Shown one piece after another: positions 25,155 through 32,846 of a stretch of DNA of 32,846 nt. The position numbers and the translations under genes were made by a program. Each line of letters begins with the position of its first letter. The stretch's first letter is position 1. This DNA is from a virus. Lineage: Duplodnaviria; Heunggongvirae; Uroviricota; Caudoviricetes. Where the stretch lies: IMG/VR virus record IMGVR_UViG_3300014205_008670, positions 64,001-96,846 of that record; one strand, 5' to 3'. The notes below the pieces were generated by a model. It did not search any database, had not been told where the DNA came from, and worked only from the letters and a program-made list of their open reading frames with translations.

Positions 25155-25896
25155 CCAATAATTTTCCCAATATTTCTTTTTTTATTTCCAAATCGAATTC
25201 CTCACCATAACCATACGTGGTTTGACTTAAAACGGTAATGGCCATCTTTCGACTACATTCTTTAAGCGCAAAAACTGTTTTTTCAATAGTTTTGGCCACA
25301 CTTTCATCGGAAATTTTAGAAGAAGTTCTTACTGGGCTTTTCTTCATTCTTATTTTTATTTGATTCTCAATTTTATTATCTTGAGAAAATTCAGGACTAG
25401 CTACTGGCTCTCTTTTTTTTGTAACGAATTCGTTGTCAAAAGACATCAGTCTTTCTTTTATTTTTCTTGTATTTTCTTTAAATTCTTCCTTAAGTTCTCT
25501 TAATTCTGGTGTAATTTTCTTTAAAGAACCATATTCTTTTTCAAATCTTTTCGATAGATTGTATAGTCTATTTATCAGACTTATTATTCTATATGGTCTT
25601 AATGTTATTTTCTTTGACCCAGACATCATAGGATGAATAAAAAGACATACATTTTTAAAAGAAATATCATCATCTACTTTTAAAAATTTATCTAAAAGAT
25701 CTATTATTGAAACCAAATGTTCTGAAGTTTCTGGATCATGTAGTTTTGACTCTTTTATTAGTCCAATATAATCTTCACTTGTTGATTTTTTTATTATATT
25801 GTCCCATTCGGAAAAAAGACTAATTTTAGACTCTCTATCCAAATTATAAACTATTTTCATTAAATTAAATTTTATTGTATTTGATTGCATTGTCAT
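25135..25896 (-). CDS. Hypothetical helical/coiled-coil protein
   Basis: ~253-aa ORF; ATG at 25896 has a GGAG SD, but a later start is possible. Confidence 0.65.
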   Translation of the reverse strand: MTMQSNTIKFNLMKIVYNLDRESKISLFSEWDNIIKKSTSEDYIGLIKESKLHDPETSEHLVSIIDLLDKFLKVDDDISFKNVCLFIHPMMSGSKKITLRPYRIISLINRLYNLSKRFEKEYGSLKKITPELRELKEEFKENTRKIKERLMSFDNEFVTKKREPVASPEFSQDNKIENQIKIRMKKSPVRTSSKISDESVAKTIEKTVFALKECSRKMAITVLSQTTYGYGEEFDLEIKKEILGKLLDDKLSN

Positions 25897-26995
25897 CAAG
25901 AAACTCCATTAACTTCGAAGAGGGTATTGCTGCATTTAGCCCTGAAATATCCTTACCTCTAGAAACTATTGCAGCAGCCATTCCGACTATAGCACCTTTT
26001 TCTCTACAAACAACTGGACCCCCACTTGATCCGGGAGATATGTCTGCTGAAACAAAAATATAACTAGAGCCACCCTCCTCAACAACATATTCTCTGTTTG
26101 AAGAAATAATTCCATCAGATATTAAATTTTCAAATCCAAGAGGTGTTCCAACAATTATTATCTCATCTCCAGATTTAGTTTCTTGTGAATGAAATGAAAG
26201 ATAGTTTTCAGAATTATAGTCTTCTTCAATTATTAATAAGGCTATATCCATTTCAGAATCAAATGCATAAATTTTAGAAAAATATTTCCTATTATTAATT
26301 TTTATATTTACAACTGGAGTATCAGTATTCCCAGATGGAGAAACGACGTGGAAGCATGTTAATACCATATTTTCATTGACAAAAAATCCACTTCCAATTT
26401 CAGACAATTCTCCATCAGTTGAATTTATTGTAACAGAAGAGTTTAATACTTTTTTAAAAAAATTATCTTCAGATTTTTTTGGTTTTTCAAAATTGTTATT
26501 TTGATTTAATTCTGTCTCTAATCCTGTTTTTTTAACCTTCCTAGAAGGTTGATTTATTTTTTCTTTGTTTACGTCATAAAATTTTTTTCTAAAATGTTCT
26601 TCTTTCCAGTAAGGAAGTTTAGGTCCTTCCATTCCCCACTGGGCATATTTTTGAGGGAAATTTTCATTTCCCTCTACTAAGCTTAATTGTTTATTTGAGT
26701 TTATAGAAGAGATTTTTTTATTGTTTTCCTTTCTTTTTTTTCTCTTTCTCTTTTTCTCTTTTAACAATTCAAGTCTTTCCTCAATACTTGGAGCCTCATT
26801 TGACTCACTAAAATAATCATTTGCGTGGCTTTGACCAGAACTTGGCTCAAACAATCCGAAACGGGAATCTCCACCCAAATTACCATAAGGTTGAGTTCTA
26901 ACTTTGCTGCTTAGTTCTCCAGCACCAAAAGGCTCCGCTCCAAATGGAGAAGCCTTTTTGTGCCAGTTTTTATTTTTTTTTAACTCACCAGCCAT
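25865..26995 (-). CDS. Trypsin-like (Trypsin_2/HtrA-type) serine protease with long basic N-terminal region, no PDZ
   Basis: GSGFFV..VLTCFHVV (His), MDIALL (Asp), ISPGSSGGPV (Ser), VGTPLG, DGIIS. Confidence 0.9.
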   Translation of the reverse strand: MAGELKKNKNWHKKASPFGAEPFGAGELSSKVRTQPYGNLGGDSRFGLFEPSSGQSHANDYFSESNEAPSIEERLELLKEKKRKRKKRKENNKKISSINSNKQLSLVEGNENFPQKYAQWGMEGPKLPYWKEEHFRKKFYDVNKEKINQPSRKVKKTGLETELNQNNNFEKPKKSEDNFFKKVLNSSVTINSTDGELSEIGSGFFVNENMVLTCFHVVSPSGNTDTPVVNIKINNRKYFSKIYAFDSEMDIALLIIEEDYNSENYLSFHSQETKSGDEIIIVGTPLGFENLISDGIISSNREYVVEEGGSSYIFVSADISPGSSGGPVVCREKGAIVGMAAAIVSRGKDISGLNAAIPSSKLMEFLDDNAIKYNKI

Positions 26996-27692
26996 TTTTC
27001 AACGTTTCCATTTTCTCTAATATGTCAGCAATAATTGGCTCTCTAACAATATGCTCTTTTGTAAACTGATGATATCCAACAAAACTTAATGAAGATAAAC
27101 CCTTTGCAATATAATCAAAACAACATCCCTGTTTTAGGTCTGTTTGTGAACTATCTCCTGTAAGAACTATTTTTGTTCCTTCTCCAATTCTAGAAAGCAA
27201 CATTTTTATTTGATCATAATTTATATTCTGACATTCATCGGCTGCTATAAAACTATTTTTAAAATTACGTCCACGCATAAATGCAAGTGGACAAACTTCA
27301 ATTGTTTTTTGTGCTAAATGTTGTTGAATTTCTCTTTCACTTAAATAATCTCCAATAAGATCTAACAATGGAACCAAATATGGATGTACCTTTTCCTGTA
27401 ATGAACCTGGTAAAAAACCCATTTTTTCACCAGCCGCTTCAATCATAGGTCTTGTTAATATTATTTTTCCTATTTCTCCCTTATACAATGAATCTAAAGC
27501 ATACATCACTGTAAGAAAAGACTTGGCTGATCCCGCTGGACCACTTAAAAAGGTAATTCTTTTTTCTCCAATTATATCATAAGCCTCTTTTTGAGATTCA
27601 TTTTTAAATTTAACTAATTTCCTTATATTGTAATGTCCTGTTTTTGTATCACTTTTTTGTTCTTCAACATTTTTTTGATTTCTTCTAGACAT
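26985..27692 (-). CDS. phoH: PhoH family ATPase
   Basis: GPAGSAKS, LTRP..E..GFLPG..EKV.PY..P, PLAFMRGRNF, ADECQN, LSRIGEGTKIVLTGD..QTDL. Confidence 0.96.
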   Translation of the reverse strand: MSRRNQKNVEEQKSDTKTGHYNIRKLVKFKNESQKEAYDIIGEKRITFLSGPAGSAKSFLTVMYALDSLYKGEIGKIILTRPMIEAAGEKMGFLPGSLQEKVHPYLVPLLDLIGDYLSEREIQQHLAQKTIEVCPLAFMRGRNFKNSFIAADECQNINYDQIKMLLSRIGEGTKIVLTGDSSQTDLKQGCCFDYIAKGLSSLSFVGYHQFTKEHIVREPIIADILEKMETLKNGW

Positions 27693-27716
27693 AACATCCC
27701 CTTAATTTAGTTAGAT

Positions 27717-28169
27717 TTATTTTTCTTTTTCAACATCTATTTTATTTTCAAGACTCTTGTCATCTTTTCTTGCATCTTCTAAATTATAAACTTCATGCCA
27801 TATTGGTTGAATATTTTTCTTTTTATGTCCTCTAATACTTTCATTGTTTTCTTTTTCTTCTCTATGTCCACCATCCTTACCCTTTTCTAAAAACTGTTCT
27901 TCTTGAACCGGAAGCTTCTTATTGGTTCTTCTTTGTTCTAACTGTTTTTCATATAGCTTCCTTTGTTCTCCCCTATTATCCTTAAGGTTTGAATGTGAGC
28001 TTTCATCAAACTGTCTATTTGTGAGCATTGTTATATCTTTATCATTTTCCCATCTAGATGGAATTTTATCATTAAGACTTAACAGTTCTTCTATTGTTTT
28101 AGAAATAGAATCTTCTGAGTTTGAAATTTTTAAATCTTTAATGTTGATTTGAAATTTGTTAAAATCCAT
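27717..28169 (-). CDS. Hypothetical highly charged protein
   Basis: 150-aa ORF with AGGAG SD directly downstream of terL. Confidence 0.65.
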   Translation of the reverse strand: MDFNKFQINIKDLKISNSEDSISKTIEELLSLNDKIPSRWENDKDITMLTNRQFDESSHSNLKDNRGEQRKLYEKQLEQRRTNKKLPVQEEQFLEKGKDGGHREEKENNESIRGHKKKNIQPIWHEVYNLEDARKDDKSLENKIDVEKEK

Positions 28170-28170
28170 T

Positions 28171-31100
28171 TTATCTAGCTCCTGTTCTGGCTACTCTTAA
28201 TTTTGGAAGTCCTATAACCCCATCTCTTCCGAGTGTCATAGCATAGCAAACTCCGCATAAACAGTCACAAAGATCATCATCTGGATAATCTTTTGAATCA
28301 GGATTTTTTACAATTGATGGATCTTTTTTACTGTGATCTATAATTATATTTTTTAATTCACCCTGAAGTTCAACGTCGTCACTACATAATTCTATTCTAT
28401 TGGACATAAACAAATTCCTTGTGTTAGAATAAATATTAAACTTTTGTCTTCCGGCAAATCTTAATTCTAACAGGCTAGAACATTTATATTGAATTTTTTT
28501 TCTTTGCTCTCTCGTAAATATTCCGTCAAAAGAAGTACAAACAATATTAAATCTATAAAATAGTGGCAAAATATATTCATCTACTATAAAATCAGGATCT
28601 AGCGCAACACCACCCTTTGGCTTTATAAAATAGGAGTAATCTTCTACACAATACTCTATTTTTTGCCTTATTTCACTGTCAAATCTATTTTCAGAATGGG
28701 CCAATAAAAAAGCATACCTGTCAGAAGTTTCAGCAGCATCTATGTGTAAATAATATTGGTATGCTGGATTTCCTTTGGATTGCATCACCCTTCCCCTTTC
28801 CATTGACAAATCAACTTTTTCGGGAGGGAAGTATAAAGAGTTTACTCTTCTTAAAAATCGAGCACCGTATTCAGTTGCAGCGGATTCAGGGTCTTGTCTA
28901 AATTCAGATTCGAGAATACTCTTAGGAACACGAGGATTAATATTCCAAGTTGGAACTTGAAACATTAGTATTGTAGGTTCAACCTTTCCATCTAGGTAAA
29001 GATCATAAAACTTACCACTAGGAGTATATGGTGATGAAAGAACAATTTGTCTACCATCTCCAAGCATTTTATAGGTTGCAGAGGACCTAGAAAGAGCACT
29101 ATATACCTCTTTCCCTGATCCTGATCCATTTGTCTCCACAAAGTGTGCCATTTCGTCATATATAACACAATTATGGTTTAAGATTCCATCGGCAAAAAAA
29201 GATTTATCTTTATCGTTTTCAAAAGAAAAATCATAAACAAAATCGCTTTTAATAAAATCACTTTTAATAAATTTTACAAATTTAAATTTATTATTTAATT
29301 CAAATTCTTTTTTTGATTCATCAGATAGTAAGTGTAATATTTCTTTTATTAAATTAAAATTATTTCTAGACATTCCATTTTGTTTTTTATTTAATAAATC
29401 TCTTATTGAGGAAAGTAAATTATTTCTACTTTTTTTATCTAAAATAAACTTATTTAAAATTATTATGTTTTTAACATCAATAAGAAAGCTATCAGTTAAC
29501 TTAATACTTTCATATCTTGTATACTTATTCTTAAATTCAAATTTACTATAATTATTTCTTCTTGATGAGAAAAAACCAATTGTATTGTAATATTTTTTGG
29601 CGAAAAAATTATACATGGTAACTCTATAAAAATCATTTCCAGATTTTATTTTTTTACAACTTATATTGTTATTTATATCCAATTCATTTAAAAGAAATGA
29701 TACATCTAATGCCAGCCTTTTCGATATAGTACAATATTGTATGTTTTTTTTCCCTTGAATCCCATCCCCCTCAAACAATGATTTTAGAAATGAAATTATA
29801 GTTTCTTTCTTTGATTTAAAAATACATGCAGGTATTATTTTACTTTTTGATAATTTATTTTCGAGTCCAATTGTTTTAGAAAGAAAATATTTTATTTTAT
29901 CATTGGCAAAATCACAAATATATGCTGTTTTATAGGTTGGTTTAGATGGATCTCTTTTCCTTGTTTTAATTTCAATATCAATATTAAATATTTTTTTTAT
30001 TTTATTACAATAATCTTTCGCAACATCAAAATCTGTAGTTATAAATTTTATTGAATTTTTAATACTATAGTTTCCTTCAGATATTAGATATCCAAGTATT
30101 GAAGCCAAATCATTATCACATTCTTTTGGAAAAGTAATATATGTATCTCTTATTCTATTTTTATAAAAACTTGTATTTTCTTTACCAAATTTCTCAGTAT
30201 ATTCTTTATATGAAATTCCATGACTTTTAATATGGTTATTTGTTATCTGAACATATTTATTTCCACATATTTTACATGTTTCATTTTTCTCATGGTTACT
30301 TGTAAAATGTGGAAGGTTTTCTTTAAATTCTTCTGAAAATATAAAATTATCTAAAGAAAATTTACCACAATTAGATGATTTTACTATTGTTGAATTTTCA
30401 TTTAGATCTTTAACAGTTTTTTCAACTATATTATTTCCTTCTTTAACAAATATTTTATGATCTTTTGTGCAAGAAAGAATTGTTCCATCGGAAAATTTGT
30501 AATCATAAATATTGTCTATTCTTTTTATAAAATTTGTAGTTTCATGTATTCCGTTGGCTCCATATAATTTTTCTTTCAATGAGTACGTTCCAACGTCTAT
30601 ATTTTTCAAACCATCTTCAATTCTAAAATATCCATTTTCACCACATATTAAGGAATTACCGTCTAAACAAATCGCACTTTTACCCCTCAATCCTGCTGAG
30701 TTAGAAGATCCACTCTTCAAAACAATAGACCCAATCATATGATCTTCAGCAAACTCAGTATTAAAACCAGCCAAATCCTTGTTTGTTAATATGTGTAATT
30801 CGTCCTGTGTGTTTTTGCCAATTCTACCATCAAATGCGGGACATTTCCTTATAAATCTTTTTACTTCGGTAAAGATAATGCTTTCAGCCTGTTCGGCAGA
30901 AGTTGCTGTATTTATTATATAAATTGGTGAATTTATTTTATAGAATTCTTGTGGATCTTTCAACATAAGAAGCTTGTATGCTTCGTATGAAGAAATTAGT
31001 GCTGAGAGATATGACTTTCCAGATCTTCTACCAAGAACAAGTATTAAATCTAAAAACCAAAGAGGGCTAAATGTTTTTTCTTCTTCCGGAACAAATTCTC

Positions 31101-31476
31101 CCTTTATTTCCCTCTCATATATGTCTTTTCTTTTACTATATTCTTTCTTTCGCCTTTCTTCATTTGAGTATTTTTCATGCCACTTTATTTTTGAATCTTC
31201 ACCGTAAGTAATCCAAGTTTGTTCTATATCAAAAGAATTTATTATTTTTAAGTCATTATCGTCTATTTTTAAATCTTCATTAAATCTGCTTCCTGCATAA
31301 AAAAACTTTACAATGACCCTTTGCCCAGCACTAAGAGATTCTTTTAAAAGTTTTTCAGAAAAGTCTATGATATTTAATGGACTATTGTAGTCCATTGCTT
31401 TTTCTTTTTGAACTTGTCTTACACTTATTTTTAAAAGTTCTTCAATGTTTATTTGTTCTTCCCTTCTTTTAGCCAT
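28171..31476 (-). CDS. terL: Terminase large subunit, intein-containing (~601-aa mature protein)
   Basis: Walker A VLGRRSGKS, SAEQAESIIF, LRGKSAI|CVIYDEMAHF (Walker B), coupling motif VLSSP..SGKFYDLY, RNase H-like HIDAA..D, and C-terminal DDDLCD. Confidence 0.93.
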   Translation of the reverse strand: MAKRREEQINIEELLKISVRQVQKEKAMDYNSPLNIIDFSEKLLKESLSAGQRVIVKFFYAGSRFNEDLKIDDNDLKIINSFDIEQTWITYGEDSKIKWHEKYSNEERRKKEYSKRKDIYEREIKGEFVPEEEKTFSPLWFLDLILVLGRRSGKSYLSALISSYEAYKLLMLKDPQEFYKINSPIYIINTATSAEQAESIIFTEVKRFIRKCPAFDGRIGKNTQDELHILTNKDLAGFNTEFAEDHMIGSIVLKSGSSNSAGLRGKSAICLDGNSLICGENGYFRIEDGLKNIDVGTYSLKEKLYGANGIHETTNFIKRIDNIYDYKFSDGTILSCTKDHKIFVKEGNNIVEKTVKDLNENSTIVKSSNCGKFSLDNFIFSEEFKENLPHFTSNHEKNETCKICGNKYVQITNNHIKSHGISYKEYTEKFGKENTSFYKNRIRDTYITFPKECDNDLASILGYLISEGNYSIKNSIKFITTDFDVAKDYCNKIKKIFNIDIEIKTRKRDPSKPTYKTAYICDFANDKIKYFLSKTIGLENKLSKSKIIPACIFKSKKETIISFLKSLFEGDGIQGKKNIQYCTISKRLALDVSFLLNELDINNNISCKKIKSGNDFYRVTMYNFFAKKYYNTIGFFSSRRNNYSKFEFKNKYTRYESIKLTDSFLIDVKNIIILNKFILDKKSRNNLLSSIRDLLNKKQNGMSRNNFNLIKEILHLLSDESKKEFELNNKFKFVKFIKSDFIKSDFVYDFSFENDKDKSFFADGILNHNCVIYDEMAHFVETNGSGSGKEVYSALSRSSATYKMLGDGRQIVLSSPYTPSGKFYDLYLDGKVEPTILMFQVPTWNINPRVPKSILESEFRQDPESAATEYGARFLRRVNSLYFPPEKVDLSMERGRVMQSKGNPAYQYYLHIDAAETSDRYAFLLAHSENRFDSEIRQKIEYCVEDYSYFIKPKGGVALDPDFIVDEYILPLFYRFNIVCTSFDGIFTREQRKKIQYKCSSLLELRFAGRQKFNIYSNTRNLFMSNRIELCSDDVELQGELKNIIIDHSKKDPSIVKNPDSKDYPDDDLCDCLCGVCYAMTLGRDGVIGLPKLRVARTGAR
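29170..30669 (-). mobile_element. Intein (500 aa) with LAGLIDADG endonuclease and C2H2-like zinc finger, inserted just before TerL Walker B
   Basis: Starts CLDGNS, block B SCTKDH, helices ILGYLISEG and FLKSLFEGDG, ends FVYDF..FFADGILNHN, +1 Cys. Contains CKICG..NNHIKSHGISYKEY. Confidence 0.95.
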
Positions 31477-32144
31477 TAGCTTTCATCGCCACCTAAAGTT
31501 CTTGTTATAAGATCTTCTAATCTTTTTTGAGCATCTGGCATATCACTAAATTGAGCTAAAACTTGCTTTAAATATCCAGTAATAATACCTTGAACTTGCT
31601 GTTTTTGCTCTTCTGGTGTTTTCCCATACCCTATTAAATTCATTTCCATTTCATGAAGATCTTTAAATGCCTTAGAAAGCTTCACAAAAGTTTCACTCAT
31701 ATCTCTTAGACTTTTTTTATCTTCTGCAAGTTTAATATTTTCTGGTTTTGCAGTATATACGTCAGTTATTAATTCAAACAACATTTCCTTTATCAAAGGA
31801 ATTCTTGCAACATTTACCTTTGATTTTTCCTTTACTCTTTCTTCTAAATCATTTAGTTTTTTTTCTTTGAGTATTAAAAACCCCTTAACAAAAGGTTCTA
31901 TATGCTCTTTGAAATGTCTCCTTAGAGTATTCTCATTAAATTCTTTTCTAAAATTATTTTTAAAAAATAAAGAAACGGAATCAATATTGTAGTTAGATGA
32001 AAAATAAATTTCTGTAGCTTTGTCACACGCAGAATGTTTGCATACAGAGCAATTTGGACTTTTACCTGTAGACTTTTTAGTTTTAGGAATTGTTTCGCAA
32101 TCTTCTTTACTTTCCTCACAATCATCTTCAAAATTGTCTGACAT
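31476..32144 (-). CDS. Probable terminase small subunit (Zn-finger/HTH plus coiled coil)
   Basis: TAATG-coupled directly upstream of terL; CSVCKH..NTLRRHFKEH followed by a helical oligomerisation-type region. Call rests mainly on position. Confidence 0.55.
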   Translation of the reverse strand: MSDNFEDDCEESKEDCETIPKTKKSTGKSPNCSVCKHSACDKATEIYFSSNYNIDSVSLFFKNNFRKEFNENTLRRHFKEHIEPFVKGFLILKEKKLNDLEERVKEKSKVNVARIPLIKEMLFELITDVYTAKPENIKLAEDKKSLRDMSETFVKLSKAFKDLHEMEMNLIGYGKTPEEQKQQVQGIITGYLKQVLAQFSDMPDAQKRLEDLITRTLGGDES

Positions 32145-32155
32145 ACCATTTCCTT

Positions 32156-32764
32156 TTAGAATATAATTGTTGGATTCTCACTTTTTTTACTTACTTTTTT
32201 TAATAGTTTTTTTTCAGTTGCTTTTCTTCTATTAAAGTGAGTTATATATTCTATAGGCCATACGCCAAAAAAAAGCTGTTCTGTCTTTTCTTTAGAAGAA
32301 ACTTTTTGAAAATTTCCACAAGCAACAGATGCTGTGTTAGATAACATTATGTTTTCAACAAGAGGTTCTAATTCATTGTGAATTTGTTCAAGCATAATAT
32401 TCGTTGGACAAACACGAACAGCAGCAATTCTTTTTAGTGTTTCTAAATTTTTCGGAGAATACATTTTAAAATAATTCTCCAGAGAGTCTAATGAAGCAGA
32501 GAGAATTGTTTTTTCAGTAATCCCTTTTAAATCTTCATAAGATGTTGGTGGTCCTTCTTCGTAATATGGCGGAAGATCATCTAAAACATCATTAGCTAAC
32601 CTTTTACTTATATCTTTTGGACATCCATCTATTTGTAAAAGCTCAGAAATCATTTCTTCATCAAATCCCTGAGAAATATATTTGGTTGCTGCCTCTCTAT
32701 AGTTATTATAACTATTTAAATCATTTTTACTATTTATTTTTTCAAAAGAATCATAGATGTCCAT
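32156..32764 (-). CDS. Hypothetical protein
   Basis: 202-aa ORF with AAAGG SD. Confidence 0.65.
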   Translation of the reverse strand: MDIYDSFEKINSKNDLNSYNNYREAATKYISQGFDEEMISELLQIDGCPKDISKRLANDVLDDLPPYYEEGPPTSYEDLKGITEKTILSASLDSLENYFKMYSPKNLETLKRIAAVRVCPTNIMLEQIHNELEPLVENIMLSNTASVACGNFQKVSSKEKTEQLFFGVWPIEYITHFNRRKATEKKLLKKVSKKSENPTIIF

Positions 32765-32781
32765 TTTTTATTTACCTTTTT

Positions 32782-32844
32782 TTATATTTTTATCCATTTT
32801 GTTTTTTTAGAAGAAACAGGTGCCAATTTTAAATCAGAATTAGG
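32782..32844 (-). CDS. Probable 3' end of an upstream gene truncated by the window edge (...PNSDLKLAPVSSKKTKWIKI*)
   Basis: Open frame from the window edge to TAA at 32782-32784, 17 nt before the next start, consistent with the packing seen elsewhere. Confidence 0.4.
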   Translation of the reverse strand, partial: PNSDLKLAPVSSKKTKWIKI

Positions 32845-32846
32845 AG

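Larger units (their letters stand above)
1..32846. mobile_element. Segment of a large tailed dsDNA prokaryotic virus (jumbo-phage-like) genome
   Basis: Large terminase with adjacent TerS candidate, PhoH, tail-fibre-like protein, two inteins, many hypothetical genes, almost no intergenic DNA, Shine-Dalgarno sites, no ribosomal or core metabolic host operons. Lytic genome versus prophage cannot be decided from this window. Confidence 0.9.

Noticed and set aside
25780-25860. Shared amphipathic helix motif between LMKIVYNLDRESK..DNIIKK and ALDFLLSNGFNAEAIRL (16167-16523)
   Set aside because: Similarity is too weak to distinguish from generic amphipathic helices without a profile search.
27520-27545. 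PhoH Walker A variant GPAGSAKS as a sign of inactivation
   Set aside because: The catalytic Lys-Ser/Thr is retained and all other PhoH motifs are intact; G-to-A at this position is a tolerated variant as far as I recall.
676-32832. Short opposite-strand or nested ORFs in the track (e.g. 676-870, 2280-2492, 3577-3870, 12595-12918, 13470-13724, 15329-15676, 19118-19399, 22223-22597, 30974-31207, 31922-32149)
   Set aside because: All lie within longer genes with recognisable motifs or good SD sites, are rich in F/L/I/S as expected for shadows of AT-rich genes, and show no motifs.
1-32846. tRNA, rRNA or large structured ncRNA genes
   Set aside because: The longest intergenic gap is ~120 nt and is explained by a terminator and promoter. 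I saw no T-loop/cloverleaf signature. A covariance-model search was not run.
1-32846. Stop-codon reassignment (code 15 or 4)
   Set aside because: Code 11 gives full-length, tightly abutting genes, and TAG and TGA both serve as real stops (e.g. 1265, 13854, 14380, 11348).
1-32846. Eukaryotic giant virus origin, suggested by HAS, collagen-like repeats and GTs
   Set aside because: TerL/TerS, Shine-Dalgarno sites, ATGA/TAATG coupling and an intrinsic terminator indicate a prokaryotic tailed virus.

Overview
AT-rich, gene-dense segment of a large tailed dsDNA virus of prokaryotes, probably a jumbo-type phage. No integrase, flanking host genes, or portal/capsid genes are visible in the window. Two plus-strand genes at the left edge (a hyaluronan synthase/NodC-like GT2 and an HNH nuclease) converge on a ~31 kb minus-strand block with Shine-Dalgarno sites and overlapping stop/start codons. 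Read in transcription order (right to left), the block encodes: a probable Zn-finger small terminase; an intein-containing large terminase; PhoH; a trypsin-like protease; a DUF1257/DUF2997 pair; an intein-containing Hel308/Ski2-like helicase ending at an intrinsic terminator; a new AAGG-N17-TAGAAT promoter-like element; DUF192; a class II CCA-like nucleotidyltransferase whose EDxxR templating motif is replaced; an RNase AS-like DEDDh exonuclease; a tail-fibre-like protein with proline-free (SGY)n collagen-like repeats directly coupled to a GT4 / GT2-MTase-GT2-GT9N / GT9C glycosylation cluster; an 889-aa MDP-1 phosphatase-HNH fusion; and a 5'-nucleotidase. The best candidates for undescribed systems are a virion-fibre glycosylation module, a phage hyaluronan-synthase-like enzyme, an RNA 3'-end editing set, and a recurrent W-[YH]-K-x-A-[QS] terminal peptide motif. 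All family calls come from motif recognition by eye; no database searches were run.
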